In this document: in pieces, positions 26,693-30,337 of the stretch
How the letters are laid out: each line of letters begins with the position of its first letter
How positions within the stretch are numbered: the first letter of the stretch is position 1
Virus record (IMG/VR): IMGVR_UViG_3300043414_000277
Location: 1-30,337 of that record
Length of the DNA: 30,337 bases
From: a virus
Taxonomy: Duplodnaviria; Caudoviricetes
Strand: one strand, 5' to 3'
The notes under the pieces: model-generated
Told to the model about the DNA's origin: nothing
The model's database searches: none
The model's input: only the letters and a program-made list of their open reading frames with translations
Translations under genes and position numbers: made by a program

Positions 26693-26744
26693 GGTGTGCA
26701 TATCCTTTGCAAGTTGATTGATTGTCGATTGACCCATTACATAT

Positions 26745-26761
26745 TGCAAGCGCCGTGCCAG
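26745..26761 (-). promoter_or_regulatory. Sigma54 (-24/-12) promoter for the early operon
   Basis: Minus strand reads CTGGCACGGCGCTTGCA, an exact match to YTGGCACGRNNNTTGCW with GG-N10-GC spacing; intergenic and correctly oriented. Confidence 0.8.
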
Positions 26762-26859
26762 CCCTGATTTAGTAGTACTCTTAGGTTACATTTATGGTGG
26801 CATTGTAGTCCTCTGGTGTACAGATCATGTAAACTGTAACGTATAGTAGTCATTTATGA

Positions 26860-26919
26860 TGCACCATTATGATACAATTTGTGCACTGGTGCACTGTTTT
26901 GGTTCACTTTTGTGCACCA
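26860..26919. promoter_or_regulatory. NtrC-like enhancer sites
   Basis: TGCACCATTATGATACA (26860-26876) and TGCACTGTTTTGGTTCA (26890-26906) versus TGCACCA-N3-TGGTGCA; extra half-sites at 26887 and 26913. Confidence 0.55.
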
Positions 26920-26931
26920 AGTTGTTTAGTC

Positions 26932-27088
26932 TGTGGATAACTACATACTTATGCACAGTTTAGTAACAGCCATGTGTGGATAACTTTGGAGGTAGGTGTT
27001 TACCCTTAGAACTTTAGTGTCGTTGGAGTAGTACTTTATAGGTGCTTCATAGTCCCTTACACCTAACCTGTGGAGAACCTGTGGATAA
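26932..27088. promoter_or_regulatory. DnaA-box cluster
   Basis: TGTGGATAA at 26932, 26975 and 27080; TTATGCACA at 26949; TGTGGAGAA (1 mismatch) at 27069. Confidence 0.75.
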
Positions 27089-27091
27089 CTT

Positions 27092-27111
27092 TACTGACTG
27101 ACTGGTCAGTA
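27092..27111. repeat. Inverted repeat, operator-like
   Basis: TACTGAC-N6-GTCAGTA. Confidence 0.45.
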
Positions 27112-27418
27112 GCATGTAAGGGTTACTACGTAGAACCTTTGGAGTAACTTGATAGGGGGGGAGGGGTATGCTTGTGTGTTTACTTTTGTGGGAGCTTCCT
27201 AAGTACACAAAAAAGACTAATTAAGAAAGTAGACATCATGACTAAAAAGTCTAATGAAATCAAAGAAGTTATGGCTTTAATTGGGGACAGGTTAGTCCAT
27301 AGGAGATAATCTGTGCACAGGAGCCTTGCATAGGTCACTTGTGAGACCATGAATGTGGACACAAGAGGTCTATGTAGTCACATAAGTGACAGAGACTATA
27401 AATAAATACAAATAAAGC

Positions 27419-27446
27419 TTGACAATCTAGAAAAGTACTATATAAT
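27419..27446 (+). promoter_or_regulatory. Sigma70 promoter upstream of the terminase operon
   Basis: TTGACA-16 bp-TATAAT with an A-rich UP-like tract upstream. Confidence 0.8.
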
Positions 27447-27707
27447 TCTCTATGAAGGTTATCCTTCCAAGAACTCAAATGAAGATCTAAGTAGACGGGC
27501 TACTTAGTTAATACGGGAAGTTCTTAATGAGTTACTTCAATGGACAACTTCCTAAGTTGTACACAGGAGGTAAATAAAGTAGTAATTACTTCATTAAGAT
27601 TCTTGTCTTAAATGTTAAATTAGATAGTTACTCTAGAGTACTCAGAGTAGCTTTCCCCTATTGTTATTTATATTACTATACATAGTACATCTCCACTAAG
27701 GACAAAG

Positions 27708-28121
27708 ATGGAACAACAAAGCACAGAGTTAAAAGTCAGAGGACGAGGTAGACCCAAGAAGGGTGAGATAGTAGCTAAGAAGTCTAAGAACAGAGGTACT
27801 CTAGGGCGTCCTAAGGGTGACAAGGCTATCATCGATGAGTACAAAGCTAGGATGCTTAACTCACCCAAGTCAGCTAAGGTCTTAGAGACTATCCTTAATG
27901 CTGCCTTGAATGATGACCATAAGAACCAAGCAGCTGCATGGAAGCTAGTCGTAGATCGTATTATGCCCGTGAGTGCATTTGAGCAAACTAAGCAAGGATC
28001 AGGCACACCTCAGATCTCAATTAACATATCAGGTCTTACAGCTCCTACTGTAGATGCTAATGAAGAAGTAGTCTATGACATTCAAGACGTAGAAGTGAAA
28101 GATACTGATGACGAGTCTTAA
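27708..28121 (+). CDS. terS: Terminase small subunit
   Basis: Directly upstream of and overlapping terL; basic RGRGRPKK/GRPKG N-terminus, helical core, acidic tail. Confidence 0.7.
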   Translation: MEQQSTELKVRGRGRPKKGEIVAKKSKNRGTLGRPKGDKAIIDEYKARMLNSPKSAKVLETILNAALNDDHKNQAAAWKLVVDRIMPVSAFEQTKQGSGTPQISINISGLTAPTVDANEEVVYDIQDVEVKDTDDES

Positions 28122-29367
28122 CTTTGAACTCCTGAAGTGGCAACAAGAGGTCTTCAAGTCCACTAAGCGATTCAAGGTAGTCGCTGCTGGTCGAAGGTGT
28201 GGTAAGAGTAGGCTATCAGCTGTAACGCTCCTCATAGAGGCTCTGAACTGTCCTGAAGGGTCAGCTGTGATGTACATAGCTCCTACCCTAGGACAAGCTA
28301 GAACTATTATGTGGGACTTACTGAATGACTTAGGTAGACCAGTCATCAAGTCCTCTCACGTTAACAACTTAGAAATTACCTTAATCAATGGACGTAAAAT
28401 CCTCGTTCGAGGCGCTGATAACCCTGATAGTCTCCGTGGTGTTTCTCTTACATATGTTGTCCTAGACGAGTGTGCCTTCGTTAAAGAAGATACTTGGCAA
28501 AAGATCATTCGAGCTTCTCTGTCTGACAAAAAAGGTAGAGCCTTGTTTATCTCTACACCTAGTGGACGTAACTGGTTCTATGATCTGTACAACCTAGGTC
28601 AAGAAGAGACAGACGAAGAGTGGAAGTCATGGCACTTTACCACCCAAGATAACGAGACTATCGATCCTAAAGAGATTGAAGCTGCTAAGAGAACTCTAAG
28701 CTCCTTTGCCTTCAAGCAGGAATACTTGTCTAGCTTCGATACTGCCGGTAGTGACTTATTTAAAGAAGAATGGTTAAAGTACAAAGATGAACCTCAATAC
28801 GGTGACTACGTTATCGCGATTGACTTGGCGGGCTTTGAAGATGTGGCTAAGAACGCGGGAGCCTCTAAGAAGCGCTTGGATGAATCAGCGATCACTGTCT
28901 GCAAGATTCTAGACAATGGGGATTGGTGGGTCAAAAAGATCATCCACGGACGTTGGGACATCAGGGAGACTGCCTCCAAGATCCTCCTAGCCGTTAAGGA
29001 GTACCAACCAGTAGCTGTGGGTATTGAGCGAGGAGCCTTGAAGAATGCCGTGATGCACTACCTTCAAGACTTGATGAGGAAGAACAATGTCTATACCCAC
29101 ATCCATGATCTGACTCACGGTAACAAGAAGAAGACAGATAGGGTCGTATGGGCCTTACAAGGTCGTTTCGAGCATGGACGTATCAGCTTGAACGAGGATG
29201 AGGATTGGAAACAGTTTGAGGATCAGTTCATCATGTTCCCTGCTACAGGCGTACACGATGACTTGATTGACTCCTTAGCGTATGTGGATCAGTTATGTAT
29301 GACCAACTATAGTCAAGACTACGACGAAGATGAACACGAAGTTTTAGACATAATATCGGGATATTGA
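28108..29367 (+). CDS. terL: Terminase large subunit
   Basis: Walker A AGRRCGKS, Walker B VVLDE, STPSG, nuclease motifs IAIDLA and HDDLIDSL. Confidence 0.95.
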   Translation: MTSLNFELLKWQQEVFKSTKRFKVVAAGRRCGKSRLSAVTLLIEALNCPEGSAVMYIAPTLGQARTIMWDLLNDLGRPVIKSSHVNNLEITLINGRKILVRGADNPDSLRGVSLTYVVLDECAFVKEDTWQKIIRASLSDKKGRALFISTPSGRNWFYDLYNLGQEETDEEWKSWHFTTQDNETIDPKEIEAAKRTLSSFAFKQEYLSSFDTAGSDLFKEEWLKYKDEPQYGDYVIAIDLAGFEDVAKNAGASKKRLDESAITVCKILDNGDWWVKKIIHGRWDIRETASKILLAVKEYQPVAVGIERGALKNAVMHYLQDLMRKNNVYTHIHDLTHGNKKKTDRVVWALQGRFEHGRISLNEDEDWKQFEDQFIMFPATGVHDDLIDSLAYVDQLCMTNYSQDYDEDEHEVLDIISGY

Positions 29368-29368
29368 T

Positions 29369-30337
29369 ATGGCAGAAGACTTAACACAACCCTATTTCGG
29401 TAATCCTCTTGTTACAAGACAAGGCGCTCAAGCTCGTCAGTTAGCCCAACAACGTAGCGCTGAGTCTTTACCTGATCCGCGCACGTATGGTTTTGTTAGT
29501 GGCTTATTTGGAACTTCTCCTGAACAATTAGGCATGAGTGTCTTGTCTCCTAACACTGCTCCCGCTAAAGAAGCTGCTTATTATGGGTATCAGGCTGGAA
29601 ACGCTGCTCAAATCGCTCCTGCATTAAAAGGGTTGTTTAATCTCTCAAAAGGAATGACAGCAGGTCAAACTGTTGCCGCTGAAGCCGAGCCTCTAATGGG
29701 CTATCATCGAACAACTACTCCTTTTGAAGGAGACTTTGTAAACACTAAAAATAAACTAGGTGTTTCTTTTGCAGGGGATCGTGGGTTTTATTTCTCGCCT
29801 AAATTAGACGACCCAGATTCACAGATTTTTGGTAAGTATGTCATTGCGGCTGATGTAAACGTAAAAAATCCTGCTCCGGTGTACCAAGTTAATTTTGGAA
29901 TGGATAATTATAAGACACCTCGAAGTGTTGTACCTGTAGATAGTAAATGGTTAAAAGAAAACCCTGAAGCTATAAAAGAAGGTGGGATAGCCATTGCTGA
30001 CTCAGTTGAAGCTTTAATTGCAGGAAAAACAGCTGAAAGAGCAGGTTCATTTAAGGATTATGAACAACAAGTAATTAATGCAGCTAAGAATAAAAAGCTG
30101 TTTGCACTTATAGATCCAGAAAAACTATATGATAGACAAGTAAAGCTTTTAGAAAGTAGAGGTTTTGATGGTTTTAACTACGTTCGACCCGAAACAGCCA
30201 CAAGTTCAATGCCTTCCCAAATAGTAGCGTTTAGGCCAGAACAGATTAAACGTAAGGCTGCAGGTAAGCAAGAGCAAATAACTGAACAGCTTACCAATCC
30301 CACATATCAAGACCCTATGGGTTTTACAATCAAATAA
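29369..30337 (+). CDS. Protein with ADP-ribosyltransferase-like (ART-PolyVal-type) domain
   Basis: GYHRT...F...GDRGFYFS...VNVKNP...GFDG...QIVAFRPEQIK pattern after an A/G/Q-rich N-terminus. Confidence 0.6.
   Translation: MAEDLTQPYFGNPLVTRQGAQARQLAQQRSAESLPDPRTYGFVSGLFGTSPEQLGMSVLSPNTAPAKEAAYYGYQAGNAAQIAPALKGLFNLSKGMTAGQTVAAEAEPLMGYHRTTTPFEGDFVNTKNKLGVSFAGDRGFYFSPKLDDPDSQIFGKYVIAADVNVKNPAPVYQVNFGMDNYKTPRSVVPVDSKWLKENPEAIKEGGIAIADSVEALIAGKTAERAGSFKDYEQQVINAAKNKKLFALIDPEKLYDRQVKLLESRGFDGFNYVRPETATSSMPSQIVAFRPEQIKRKAAGKQEQITEQLTNPTYQDPMGFTIK

Noticed and set aside
27258-27271. IHF-like site AATCAAAGAAGTTA
   Set aside because: Spacing is one base longer than WATCAA-N4-TTR and it is not between the enhancer and the sigma54 promoter
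27180-27362. 60-aa minus-strand ORF in the control region
   Set aside because: No convincing SD or motif; lies upstream of the early promoter; likely spurious
26760-27700. CRISPR mini-array or tRNA in the non-coding region
   Set aside because: Repeats are 9-12 bp and irregularly spaced; no cloverleaf or T-loop consensus seen

Overview
Near-complete genome of a lytic podovirus-type tailed phage. No integrase, repressor or RNA polymerase is visible, and the portal gene apparently lies outside the window, between its end and its start. The + strand carries head genes (FmdB-like, scaffold, major capsid), tail and ejection genes and lysis genes (8-12723), plus terminase genes and an ADP-ribosyltransferase-like gene (27708-30337). 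The - strand carries small early genes, a T7-like replication module (primase-helicase, family A DNA polymerase, SSB, exonuclease, endonuclease I), a cytosine methyltransferase encoded in two overlapping frames, and nucleotide metabolism genes (metallophosphoesterase, DUF3310, class II RNR). The two arms converge on a bidirectional terminator at ~12735 and diverge from a ~1 kb non-coding control region (26693-27707). That region is the most striking part. It holds a perfect sigma54 promoter with NtrC-like enhancer sites pointing into the early genes, a cluster of DnaA boxes, a G-tract, and a consensus sigma70 promoter with a long structured leader pointing into terS. All calls come from motif recognition and synteny; no searches were run.
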